The position numbers and the translations under genes were made by a program. Below the pieces are notes generated by a model. That model saw nothing but the letters and a program-made list of their open reading frames with translations, did no database searches and was not told the origin of the DNA. This document shows positions 38,638 through 52,196 of a DNA stretch of 64,000 nt, in pieces. Every line of letters begins with the position of its first letter. Position 1 is the first letter of the stretch. This DNA comes from Gracilinanus agilis (taxonomy: Eukaryota), in the NCBI RefSeq assembly GCF_016433145.1, contig NC_058133.1, positions 246,571,896 through 246,635,895 of the forward strand, in the 5' to 3' direction.

Positions 38638-40549
38638 GCCCACACTTTCAAACAAAAAGAGCTTTGACATTGTTGGGTCGAATGTTTTTCCCCCGGTAGG
38701 TAGAAAGTGCTCTGGTGAGGAAAGGGAGTGTATACATGCCAATTTGTTGTGTAAGAGACCGAAAAGGAAATAAATATGATTGCCACCTCAATTACCCCCC
38801 CCCCCCCCAAATTCTCACCAGTTTTGATCTTCATCCAGTGTAATTACACTTTCTGCACTGTTTACCGAGTTGCCTGGAAAGTTACTAGGCCTTTACCCCA
38901 AGCCAACACCAGCAGCTAATTAGATTAGCTGTAGTGGCACAAGTGTAGTGGCTTAGCACCTAAAGGTAATCCAAAAAGAAAACAAAAAAAAAAAAATGCT
39001 GTTTTCTGGCAACACTGTGTGCTGGCAAAACGAGAGCATTTCAGCCAAATTAGGTATAGTATCCAACATCTCATGGCTGCCAATTTTAAGCCTGCATATA
39101 TAAAATTGTTTTTATTGATTTGCTAAAAACTTTTTAACCTTAATCGTTTAAAAATGAAAACCTGGAAGAAATAATCACTACCTATTTCACAAAACTTAAA
39201 CAGCCTGTACCTGGCAGTACATATATGTGCATACATTTAGTAAAGGGAAGAGAAATACATGCGGTTCAAAGGCTGACCAGAATCAAGAGTCCCTTGTTAA
39301 ATCACATAAATAGATCAGGAAGACTTAAATGTGATTTTTAAAGCATCTATTTACTTGACCCTGGAAAAAAGGAATGATATATTTTATGGTTTTAAAGATA
39401 CAACAATCTAGTAGCTTATCTCTTAAGTTGGATAAATTGTGAACTCCTTAAGGGCAGAAACTCTTTTAGTAGTATCTTCAGTACTTAGCACTGTGCCTGC
39501 CATATATTAAACAAATGGGCAAAGATTATTTCTTTTCCTTCCCTTGGTATATGCAAAATATTTAGTTATATATACATTTTTACAGCTACACAGTTCTAAA
39601 GGAACTTAGCTTTAGAAAAAGGTTTATCTCATTTTGTTTAAAGACTTAAGATCAAATACATTTCATTATATGCAAGATAGTTAAGTGAATGTAAATAGTT
39701 TTAAGTCTGCTATGTAATCAGCATAATTATATGACAATAAATTTAAGGGCACAAAAGATATAGAAGAATATCTTCAAAAATATAAAACACCAAAACTATC
39801 AGACCAAGTAAAAATCTTAAATAATCAAATCTCAGAAAAAGAAAATAGATCTAATTGTAAAGAATCTATTAAAGGTGTGGAGGGAAAGGAACCCACACCT
39901 CATGGATTCAAAGGAGAATTCTTTCAAACTTTTAAAGAACACTTAAGGACTCATACTTTACAAATTAGCCTGGAGTGGCAACCTTCACACTTATGTGAGT
40001 GAAGTAAGGCAGCTGTGTCTCTCCCCACCATTACCCTACTGGAAATAGGAGATGGGATGGTGTTGAGTGGAATATAATCTTGTCTTTCTCATAAGAAGTC
40101 CTAAGAACATAGATAGAAGCTTGTACTTTTCCTTCCTTTTAGAACATCACACCTTCCCACCTTCTTCTTAAAACAAAAACCTTGGTCTTTCACATTTCAA
40201 AGACCTTGAGGAGTAAAGTAGTTCACAATCCATCAAATGTAATCTACAACCCAGAAATTCACTCATCCTTTAATTTGATATTTTCAACCCAGTAATTCAT
40301 TCATCTTTTAACTCAATGTCTATTTCACTTATCTTGTATATTCCAGTAATTCACTTATCTTTTAAAGTAATCTGCAACCCAGATGCCAAACAATAGAGTT
40401 TGAGATCCCCTGAACTTATGGATTTCTCTACTTGTGTTTTCAGAAAAAATTAGCATGTGTTTTTCTGGAGATAACCACAACATCTGAATGTGTTATAGAG
40501 CTCACTTTAGGAGTAGGAAGGCCAGTGGTATCTGAGTCTGCATGGAAGT

Positions 40550-41034
40550 GTGCTTTGAAGTATCATGGGGAAAGCCTTTTAACTTCTTGGCTATAGTCTT
40601 TAATTATAGCCCATTGTGCCTTTGAATATGTTGGTGGTGTTGTCATGTGTTCTGGACCATCAATGAAACCTATAATCCAGAATTGTGGCATTGTCTTTGC
40701 AGAAAATCTTAACCGACATTTTCATGCAAAGCAAAGAGGTGATATTATAATTGCCAAAAGTCCAAGTGACCATAATCAAATATTTGTAAAATTGGTCTGG
40801 AAGGAGATAGTTTTCACACATAATCCATCAGGTTTCCTCAAAAGCCACAGCTATGTGCCAACAGGTCATATTTGGCTGGAGGGCGATAATCTCAAGAATT
40901 TTACACATTTTAGGTACTATGGGCCAATTCCATATGGACTAATCAGAGGATGCATTTGCTTTAAGATTTGGCCTCTGAATGATTTTGGATTTCTATGTGA
41001 CAGTCCCAATGGCCACAGATTTCCTGATGAATAA
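40550..41034 (+). pseudogene. IMMP1L: Processed pseudogene of IMMP1L (mitochondrial inner-membrane peptidase subunit 1)
   Basis: Intronless match: AHCAFEYVGGVVMCSGPSM...RGDIIIAKSPSD...HSYVPTGHIWLEGDN...YGPIPYGLIRG...KIWPL.DFGFL.DSPNGHRF. The start is mutated to GTG, there are stops at 40556 and 40580 plus frameshifts, and ATTAAA lies at 41121-41126. Confidence 0.9.
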
Positions 41035-41394
41035 TCAACATTTAGCCAACTTCATTATTGTATCGTATTCTCCATTTTTTCTGTCACTAAAACCATGTAT
41101 TTATAAACAAAGTATTTGATATTAAAGATGTCAAAGATAGTATTGGATTAGACCCCATGAACTAGTATTTCCCTATCCTTCTAGAAACTCACTTAAGACC
41201 AAAGCCATAACCATCATCCCCCTTCTTGCTGTTTACTAGGTTTCTCACTGGGAACTGGAACAGAAATAGCAAGCCTACCCATGTCCCTTGAAACTTTTCA
41301 GACACTCTCCCAGGAACTCCAGAGAAGTCCTGGGAGTCCTCCTGGGAGAAATCAGCACTGGTACAATAGAAATATAAAACCCAATTGACTCCCT

Positions 41395-41763
41395 TGTTAC
41401 GATTAAAAATGATAAAGACTGAGATAATAAGAGAAATTAGTAGTTTAATTAAAGCCATGGCCATGTTGGTAAAATATATATGACCGCACCTGCCTAGCTT
41501 TTAGATTTACCGCCAGAGCCCATCTTCTCCGCGCGTCAGTCAGCTCCTCAGGAAGATCAAGAGGCATTCTTTTGGGCCCTCCTCTCATTTAAACTGTCCT
41601 ATGCGTGAGGACTTAGACGTCCCCACGCCCAAAGAACCGGAAACCGGAAACCCATTTGAATCACGGGAAATGTAGTCTGATAGTCCCCACGTGTCCATAG
41701 GGAGTCTGCTAGACACTTCCCTGAATTTAAAACAAACATTTCCCCCTGAGGTCCGGAAGAAGG

Positions 41764-41805
<42 letters not shown>

Positions 41806-41953
41806 GGCCCTTTTTTTCTTCGCTGGATCTGTAAACACAGACAACTTCTAAATTTCAGGAATTTGGGGGATAAAAGAAATAGATGAACGAATGGATAAAA
41901 CTAGCCGCATTGACAAAAAACCAATTGGGGGGCAGTCCCCTATTGGTATAACA
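41395..41953. mobile_element. Probable solo LTR, CpG-retaining, with an internal A38 tract
   Basis: Ends TGTTAC...ATAACA (short inverted repeat); TSD only partial (CCCT / CTGT). Confidence 0.55.
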
Positions 41954-43567
41954 CTGTACAATTAGAACAAATTGCATTCAGCTGTTTAACTCCCCATAAT
42001 TCAATCAACTGCACCCCAAAGTTCAATTTGGATCTTCATGGTCCAGTGAAGGCTTTTCAGGCATCTTCATGGTGTCTTCACCAAACAGGTTCGTCATCTG
42101 GATTCTGGGGAGATGGCAAAACCCTTATCCTAAAATTATTCTCAAAAGAATTTAAACTAAACATTATAGATTATAAAACATATATTTCCTTGTAAGAATT
42201 ATACACCCTGCAGAAATGGTCTTCCAGAATAGATGAGGCCTTGATCTTCTAACAGCTGAGAAAGGTGGCCTTTGTGTCTCTTTCTGAATGAACAACACTT
42301 TCTTTATCAGTAGGTCTGGAGTGGTAAGAAATACAGCCAAGTCCCTTAGGGACAGAGTTGCACACCCTACGAGAAATATCACAAAGTTATAATTCCTGGG
42401 GATAGCTCTCCTCCTGATAATCTTCCTCATTACTGGGCCCACTAATACTAATATACTAATAACCCAATTCCTTCATCATACAATCGCTTCATTGTCGAGC
42501 TCCACTGTCAATAATGTTCTCTTATTAGGATCTTACAGACAACATTATCAATATCAAGGAACCATAAGTGACCCCAATGACATGCGTTGCCCCCTTTTCA
42601 GCAGGAAGCTGAACCATCTAACAAAAAAGGTCCTTCATTTCCCCCTTGGACTTATGGCCCCTTTTCTAAGCCCTGCCCCACTTTGCCACCCCAATTTTAT
42701 TTTATTTTTTTATAAAAAGCAAAGCATGGGATTGACAAGCCTAAATCACCTTCCCTTCCCCCTTTTCCCCAATCAAAACTATCAGCTCCCCATCCCCAGC
42801 ACTAGCTGGAACTTCAGAACAAAGCAGATGTTCTGCCCAGTGGGACATTGTAACTTCTCATACCTTAACCTGATAGATTCAAGATAGATTGAGTCTGAAT
42901 GTATGGTGTCTGTACCCTGCTAAGAACTATATGGTCATGGGAACCAGCTGCCCCCTCCCCACTCCAAACAGCCAATGAGACAAATCCAAGATTATCCCAT
43001 CTTTCCCAAACCCATAAAAATCTATGTCTCTATGTCTTCCCCTACCCAGTCAGGACTCTTTGCTAATNNNNNNNNNNNNNNNNNNNNNNNNNNNNNNNNN
43101 NNNNNNNNNNNNNNNNNNNNNNNNNNNNNNNNNNNNNNNNNNNNNNNNNNNNNNNNNNNNNNNNNNNNNNNNNNNNNNNNNNNNNNNNNNNNNNNNNNNN
43201 NNNNNNNNNNNNNNNNNNNNNNNNNNNNNNNNNNNNNNNNNNNNNNNNNNNNNNNNNNNNNNNNNNNNNNNNNNNNNNNNNNNNNNNNNNNNNNNNNNNN
43301 NNNNNNNNNNNNNNNNNNNNNNNNNNNNNNNNNNNNNNNNNNNNNNNNNNNNNNNNNNNNNNNNNNNNNNNNNNNNNNNNNNNNNNNNNNNNNNNNNNNN
43401 NNNNNNNNNNNNNNNNNNNNNNNNNNNNNNNNNNNNNNNNNNNNNNNNNNNNNNNNNNNNNNNNNNNNNNNNNNNNNNNNNNNNNNNNNNNNNNNNNNNN
43501 NNNNNNNNNNNNNNNNNNNNNNNNNNNNNNNNNNNNNNNNNNNNNNNNNNNNNNNNNNNNNNNNNNN

Positions 43568-44652
43568 CCAGATATTAAACTGTACTATAAAGCAGCAGTC
43601 ATCAAAACAATATGGTACTGGCTAAGAGATAGAGAGGAGGATCAGTGGAATAGACTTGGGATACATGACATCAGCAAGACAGTATATGATAAACCCAAAG
43701 AGCCCAACTTTTGGGACATGAATCCACTATTTGACAAAAACTGCTGGGAAATTTGGAAAACAATATGGGAGAGATTAGGTTTAGATCAGCATCTTACACC
43801 CTACACCAAGATAAATTCAGAATGGGTGAATGACTTGAATATAAAGAGGGAAACTATAAATAAGTTAAGTGAACACAAAATAGTATACCTGTCAGATCTC
43901 TGGGAAAGGAAAGATTTTAAAACCAAGCAAGAGTTAGAGAAAATGACAAAATGTAAATTAAATGGTTTTGATTATATTAAGCTAAAAAGCTTTTGTACAA
44001 ACAAAAACAATGTAGTCAAAATCAGAAGGGAAACAACAAATTGGGAAAAAATCTTTATAACAAAAAACTCTGACAGGGGTCTAATTATTCAAATATACAA
44101 GGAGTTAAATCAATTGTATAAAAAATCAAGCCATTCCCCAATTGATAATTGGGCAAGAGACATGAATAGGCAATTTTCAGGTAAAGAAATCGAAAGTATC
44201 AATAAGCACATGAGAAAGTGTTCTAAATCTCTAATAATTAGAGAAATGCAAATCAAAACAACTCTGAGGTATCACCTCACACCTAGCAGATTGGCTAAAA
44301 TGAAAGAAGGGGAGAGTAATGAATGCTGGAGGGGATGTGGCAAAATTGGGACATGATGCATTGCTGGTGGAGTTGTGAACTGATCCAACCATTCTGGCTG
44401 GCAATTTGGAGCTATGCTCAAAGGGCTATAAAAGAATGCCTGCCCTTTGATCCAGCCATACCATTGTTGGGTTTGTACCCCAAAGAGATCATAGATAAAC
44501 AGACTTGTATGAAAATATTTATAGCTGCGCTTTTTGTGGTGGCAAAGAACTGGAAAATGAGGGCATGCCCTTCAATTGGGGAATGGCTGAACAAATTGTG
44601 GTATATGCTGGTGATGGAATACTATTGTGCTAAAAGGAATAATCAATTAGAA
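43568..44652 (+). mobile_element. L1 ORF2 C-terminal region, relatively young, 3'-truncated
   Basis: 212-aa ORF with DYIKLKSFCT, REMQIKTTLRYHLTPSRLA, CWRGCG; 5' end in the gap. Confidence 0.92.
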
Positions 44653-44744
44653 GACCAGCAATTTGATGTAGGTTAAACAAGTTCCATCATTGAAAAACAT
44701 CTCCATCTTGGTTCTGTTGTAAAACAAAACATAAATCCCCTACC

Positions 44745-44747
<3 letters not shown>

Positions 44748-44781
<34 letters not shown>
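44748..44781 (+). repeat. (CA)n microsatellite
   Basis: Directly visible. Confidence 0.9.
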
Positions 44782-44785
<4 letters not shown>

Positions 44786-44954
44786 AAAAAAAAGTTGATT
44801 TTTTAAAAATTATGCAAATTCCATCAGTTCTTTAGAATTATAGTGGATTATTGTGGGTGTTATTTTTTTTTATGATTTCAATTTTAAATAGATTTTATTC
44901 TCCAGGACAAGAATTGCATTTCCACTTGTTTACAGTACTAAAAAAGTTCAATGT

Positions 44955-45155
44955 GGGGGCAGCTGGGTAGCTCAGTGGATTGAGAGCCAGGCCTAGAGAC
45001 GGGAGGTCCTCGGTTCAAATCTGGCCTCAGACACTTCTCAGCTGTGTGACCCTGGACAAGTCACTTGACCCCCATTGCCTACCCTTACCACTCTTCTGCC
45101 TTGGAGTCAATGTACAGTACTGACTCCAAGGCAGAAGGTAAGGGTTTAAAAAAAA
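44955..45155 (+). mobile_element. Opossum tRNA-derived SINE (SINE1_Mdo type), full length
   Basis: GGGGGCAGCTGGGTAGCTCAGTGG...GGTTCAAATC A/B boxes, A tail, TSD AAAAAGTTCAATGT. Confidence 0.9.
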
Positions 45156-47176
45156 AAAAAGTTCAATGTTATGCACTTCTCCTTCTGCAAGAATTCATGT
45201 ATTCAAAATGCCCAGATTTACATAGTATCTTAAATGTTAAACTGCTATTGCCTAGAATAGAAATTTGAAGCCTTCAGTTTTTGAAAAACTGTGTGGAATG
45301 TTCTTTTTTTCTGGTATATTTAGTTGATCTCTACATTGACATGTCCAAAAGTACCTCCAGATGGAAATTCTCCACCAACTTGAAACCCACCAGGCATACC
45401 TCCTGTCCTCTAATGCATGATGAAATTGAAGACTTTCTCCAATTTTTTTCTGTACATGCTCAAATTCTTCATTCTCAGTAATCTGGTTCTTAACCAGACA
45501 ACTGATTATTTCATTACATTTGTCAAGGATCTTCTGATTGTCTTCATCACAAATTTTACCTTGTAGTTTCTCATTCTCTAAATTGGCTTCATGTTGAAAG
45601 CAGAAGATTCAAGAGAAATCTTGGAAGACACTTTGCCTCTCTGATTCTCCTTGTATTTCTCCTTTTATGAAATTTGTTAAAGCAAAACAGATACTTCTAA
45701 TCAAACACTTTTCATCCAGATTTATAGCTGCAATGTAAAGAAAAACAATTCATCAAAATTACAAGTTTTAAGGATAAAACTATTTCAAAATAGCCAAGAC
45801 ATTGTGGGAAATGTAATACATTCTATCCACAAGCAACAAATACTATTTTCAATTTTTTAAGATTTAACAATAGCATTTCTCTGGTAAAAAAGTATCAAAA
45901 GAGTTTAAGGAACTTGCTGAAATAATCCAAGAAAAGTTTTTCTTGAAACTATAAAGTGCAATGAGGTTAGCTGTCTAAAAGGCACCCATTTTGTCTAAGA
46001 TGAAGACCAAGAAGAATGTTTAATTTAATAGCTTCAATTTAGAAAACCTTCTGGTCTTCACTTATTTCTATGCCCCTACCCAACAAACAAAAAGTAGATT
46101 TCTAATTTAGAATTTAGCATTGTTTCTTCATACAGAGCAGCTTATTAATGATCATAATCTTTTACTCATCTGTGTTTTGGTGTCTTGGCCAAAAATATAT
46201 TTTAAAGATTTAGTAATAAATTAAATAAAATAGGTAGTTTAAAAAAAACTATGAGGACTGGCATAACTTTTGAATGAAAATAGGAGAAGAAAAGGTTTAA
46301 CTTAATTAATCAATTAATAATTATGAGAGAGAAATATTATGTTAAAATAACTAACATTATTGTTCTGGAATGCCAAGAAGTGAAAGAGTGCAAGGTTTCT
46401 ATACCATCCTACCCTCACTTCATTATACCTAGTGCTACAATTCCCTCAGACTATAGGACTAGAAACTGTGATGTACATGGACCAAGTGTCCCTATTTGAC
46501 TTTATTAATCTACCCTAACCTAGGAATGGAATGAAAAGTCAAATTCACATTTCTCCTTTATTAAGCATGTGGTCTCTCTTTGGAGACCACTTTTGGGAAA
46601 TATAGAACTTTTTCAATATAAAAAACACACACTAATTCAAATCCCACTCTGCCCAAGTGATTGTAACTCTTTAGTCATCATTGAATTAGACTAAGTTTTT
46701 AATTGATACCATGGAAATTAAAAAATAAGCATCATATTATCAATCTTTTTTTTCTGTAAGTCTCCATTTTTGAAAACCTGTTCACTGCCTAGGCACAATG
46801 GAGTAAAATAATACTTACTAACATTGGATATTATGCATTCACACTAACATTACACTTTATGCTTAAACTACTACTTCTGGCTCTATAAAGATAAAGCCAA
46901 AGTGCAGGCCTAATTCTGAATTTAGCTACATTTTTTACTTAAACCCTTTCCCTCACATTTTCTAATTTGTAACTAGCAATACAGAAAGTTAATTAGAACT
47001 ACTTCTGCTCCTAAGCTTTTGATAACAAACTCATTACCAGGACCTAAAACTGTGAAAAGTATACAAAAGCAATAAGAAAAATGACATTCTAAAGCTAATC
47101 TGATGCCAAAGCCTGTGCGGAAAATATTTCAAGGGCATTATCTCAGATCTTTATGAATCTCAAAAATTTGTCAACT

Positions 47177-47365
47177 GGGGGCAGCTGGGCAGCTCAGTGG
47201 ATTGAGAGCCAGGCCTAGAGACAGGAGGTCCTGGGTTCAAATCTGGCCTCAGACACTTCCCAGCTGAGTGACCCTGGGCAAGTCACTTGACCCCCATTGC
47301 ATACCCTTGCCACTCTTCCACCTATCAGTCAATGCACAGAAGTTAGGGGTTTAAAATAAAAAAAA
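47177..47365 (+). mobile_element. SINE1_Mdo-type SINE, full length
   Basis: Same head and tail as 44955; TSD approximately AAAA(A/T)TTTGTCAACT. Confidence 0.9.
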
Positions 47366-48616
47366 AAAATTTTGTCAACTGTTAAGACACTTTACCATGT
47401 TTTATCTTGTTTTCAGTGCAAATATATGCCCCACCAACTTAAAAAATAAAAGTTTTATAATTTTCAAGATATAGGAGAAATTATTATTATTATATTATGA
47501 TATATGTGAATTTGCCAAATATATATTCCATAGATATTTTTTTACACTTTAATTGCAAGCACCTCAAATTATTTAACTACATCAAAGCAAAACGTTTTCA
47601 TCAAATGCTGGGTTATATTTTAAAAGAAATCTACCAACAAAAAACATGGAAAGAGGTTAAAATCAAATTTTCAGCTGATTTATTATGGTACGGCAATGCA
47701 AAATTAAAGTGGCAGTCAGTTCCTACTTTCATGGACATAGTTATGCTGGCGAGAACAGCTAAGTCATACACAATTATTACTATATGTACTAGTCTACTGG
47801 TTTGTTCTTACTTCATTTTGCCTTAGATCATGTAAGTCCAGGTTTTTCTGAAAGCATCCTGCTCATCATTTCTTATAGCATAATAGCATTCCATCCTAGT
47901 CATATACTTGTTCAGCCATTTCCCACATGATCATGTCCCTTCAGTTTCCAATTCTTTGCCAACACAAGCAAACAAACAAAAGACTCCTATAAATATTTTA
48001 GTATATATAGATCCTGTTCCTTTTTTTTTTTATTAAAAATTTATTTAGTAATCTCTTTGGGATACAGGTCTAGTAGTGGTCATCATCTACTTTTGCAACT
48101 AGAACTGAAAAAATCATTGGAGTGTCCCCTTCTAGAGGTTATTAGACCCAGCGCTGAATCTTTTCCCACACTTTTTGAGGAGACAACAGCTCTATACAAA
48201 ATTGTCGAGGATTCTTAGCTGTGAAGGGCTATTGCTAATTGTAGGACAAGTCTCTCACCTGTAAGAAGATGTCTTTTTAAATCTCTATAATCTGGTTTTT
48301 TAAGGTGGAAAAGGAGAGGGAGCCACTTTCCCATTTTTTCTTTCAGACTTCCTTTAGTTCTTCAGAGATAACCTTATACCTTCAAAGTTTAGATTCTAAC
48401 TGGACTCCAGTTATAGAACTCAAATCATGAAATGAAGTGAGTTACTTCATCTCAAAGATGAAAGAGGCAATTTCAGATCTATTTCTCTATCTTTGAGGAA
48501 CTAAAGAAATGCCAGACTACCCACAGGTACAAGGACCATGCCAGGAAGACTTCTTTCAGAGTTATCACTTTAGTGGTAGACTTAGAAAATTCCTTTTAAA
48601 AGTAGATTAACCTAGT

Positions 48617-48747
48617 TTTGTTTGTTTGTTTGTTTTAACTCTTACCTTCCACTTTAGAATCAATACTGTGTATTGGTTCCTAGGCTGAGGAGAGCTGAGG
48701 GCTAGGCAATGGGGGTCAAGTGACTTGCCCAGGGTCACACAACTGGG
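48617..48747 (-). mobile_element. 3' half of a SINE1_Mdo-type SINE
   Basis: ctcttaccttcc...ggcaatgggggtcaagtgacttgcccagggtcacac. Confidence 0.75.
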
Positions 48748-50945
48748 AATGTGAAAAGTTTTAAATGTTAATCTTTTTCTATTCTATCCTCAAGCCAATA
48801 GGGAACAATGGGAGTTGAGTGACAGGGTTAGGGCTGCACTTAAGGAAAATGACTTTCAAAGCCTAGGGGCCTGCTTATACTAGAATAATACATTTGTCAC
48901 ATGTGCCAACTTCAGTTTTTTATTCTCCAATATAAACAATGTATGCCCCAATATTCAGAAACCACTTTAACTAGTCTATTCACCCAACAAAATTGAACAA
49001 CTTTTGATTGCCCCTAAAGTGTTCAGAAGCCAGTCCTTAACAGGATAAAAGGGACCCAGGTGGTTGTGGTGTAATTTAATACATGTTCTTGCTGCTTTCT
49101 TTATTTTAAAGCAATAAAATGTAGATATGGATTTTGAGGCATCAAGGTAGCATAGTTACTTCCTAGCTTTGTGACCTTGGGCAAGTCACTTAACTGGCTA
49201 GCCCTTACAGCTCTTCCACCTTAAAAATGATACTAAGACAGAAGGTAAAGGTCAAAAAAATAAAAAAAACATTTAAAAAAATAGAAAGAATGCACTATTT
49301 CCTTATATGGCACCTATCTCTTCCCTCTGTTTCCTCCTGCCCCCTCCCCAAAAGAACAATACTTACTACTACACAAGATGCTTAGTGAGTTGCATATAAT
49401 CAAATATCATCATCTCAGAAGCAAGTCCTGAATTCTTTACTAATAAGCCAAATGATATATAATCATTTCAGAGAAAAGTTACTAAATTAACTATTATGCT
49501 AAGCAAATGGGAGCAGAGCAACTCCTATAAAGGCCAAATTATCTCACTTTCGTATTCCCAGAGCTTAGCAGAGTGACTATATCATAGCAAACACTTAACC
49601 AGACCTTGTTGAATGACTTCTCCAGATACCTGGGACAAGCTCTCATATTGCCTCAATCAAAATGTTGGTACCTGCTTCTGCTGTGTGGTAACTCCTATCC
49701 CTGAATTTAAGTTTCTTTACATCCATCTGGACTTTGGTCAGTTATCTAATTAGAAGTATTATTTTGTTCCAGGGAAGCCAGGAATCACCTAATACTGAAA
49801 GAGGTAAAAATCAGATTTGATTGACCACCTCTAAACTATTTGTATTAAAAAGAAAAGTGAAGAAATCCTGTCATCCTAATGGATCATATATAGTAAATTC
49901 TTCTCTATTTAAATGTAAAAAAAAAAAAAACTAGATAAAAGTTTTACTTCTAAATGGCAAAATAATAAGTGTGTTTATAACCAATTTGTAAATTCATTTA
50001 TGAGATAGTATAAAGGTTCTTATTTCTAAGGATCATGTTTTTCTTTTTTCACTTTGCTCTTCTAGGGCTCAGGAAGTGGACAAAACCTCTGTTCAAGGCC
50101 TAGTTTATTCTACTCAGGAAGAGTTGCACTTCTTCTTAGGCCTGATGCATGGTCTGCTTTGCTAGAGCAATTGTTCTGAATGGGTCAGGGTCAGACCAAA
50201 TGTGAATTTCGATGGAGTGCTTGGAATACCTGGCAACCAGGACTTAGAACTAGATTGGTGAGTAGGCTTAGGCTCATAAAATGTCCCATATTACCCCCCT
50301 GCCAACTACAAATAGTATAGACAAGTGGTTCTGTTGTAGAAAAATAATTGTTGGGAAACACAAACGCCACTCCTGAGATAGGAAAAAGGATTTTTATTTA
50401 TTCCTCAGGCCCAGAGGAGCAGAAAAACTCCAAATTCTGGGTTCCCAATTCAGTCATCACAAGTATCTTATATCCTCTTTCGAGGATTTCCAGGTTGCTT
50501 AGCACTGATGGATTCCTATATTGAGGTTTGGCTCTTGCTGCACAAGCAGATGTAATGGCAAGGTGAGATTACAAAAGCTATTAAGTGTTGATAAGAGCTA
50601 ACTGTTTTCTTTTATCAGTTCAACAATCAAGTGGTCATTTTTTAGTTTGGTGTCAATTAAACATTCAGGTTTTTCTGCTTCCCCAAAAGACTAAGAACCC
50701 ATCTCAAAACCAAAGATGATGATATTAACAACAATAATAATAATCATCATGAGAAAATTTCAAGATACACCTAGTCTCTAATAACAAGACAAAACCTTTA
50801 TAGAGCTTGCCTATTATTTCTTTGAACTAAATACATTATTATTGTTATCGTGATGATTATTATTAGGCTTTTTCAAGTGAAATGCTATAACCTTTTACAC
50901 ACTCTCTTGTGCTTTTCTTCTCTCTCCTATAATCAGTATTGTAAG

Positions 50946-50992
<47 letters not shown>
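50946..50992 (+). repeat. (GATA)n microsatellite
   Basis: About 11 tandem units, directly visible. Confidence 0.9.
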
Positions 50993-51617
50993 TATACAAG
51001 TACCCAGTATTCTAGTTTTTGCTATAGGTTACCATTCCCATTAAATTGTAGTTTCTTTCCCAGCAAAAATTCCTTCAAGTAGTTCAAGTGCTTTGGGAAT
51101 ACAAAGCCTGGTCATATAGGTCAGCAAATATTCACTGACTGGTGAAGTTAGTACTTTTTGAAACTGATAAATATCTATATCTACATAAAATTATATATTC
51201 ATATGTGTTTATGTAACATATATGCATATATATGTATGTATATTTTTTAATCTGGCCATGAAAAAGTGGGCAAGCAAAGAAATCTTTCTCCGTATTTTGG
51301 GTATTTTGCAGGAGGCATCACAAGGTAACCAGAGGCTATTGGAACTTTACTTAAAGGAAGATTTCTGGGACATGTAAATGCAAACAATGGAGCGCCATCT
51401 TATGGTCTAAAAAGAAACAAAGAACTCTCGCTCACTTTATGGAACCCGCTTTTTCAAGCGGCAAAGACTAGACGATTTCTTTGACTTTAGTAGTGGAAGA
51501 ATTACAATGAACTATCATCTCAATACCTGGAGGAAGTTCTGTGAGGCCAGTGGGAAGTTGGGGAATGGATGGGATGGACCTAAACATAAAACCAACCCAA
51601 ATAGATTATGGCCAAAT

Positions 51618-52154
<537 letters not shown>

Positions 52155-52180
52155 AGTTGAGGAAACCACAGTTTTCAAAA

Positions 52181-52196
52181 GGCTCTTTTCAGAGCC
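52181..52196 (+). terminator. Histone 3' stem-loop of H3 copy 2
   Basis: CAAAA GGCTCT-TTTC-AGAGCC GCTTA; imperfect HDE AAAAGATCCTGTAA at about 52211-52224. Confidence 0.92.

Noticed and set aside
40645-41034. Functional IMMP1L gene
   Set aside because: Intronless, N-terminal stops, lost start codon, catalytic Lys segment out of frame.
41960-43067. Possible ERV internal (env/PPT) sequence before the gap
   Set aside because: Only a purine tract and hydrophobic short ORFs; no gag, pol or env motif could be recognised.
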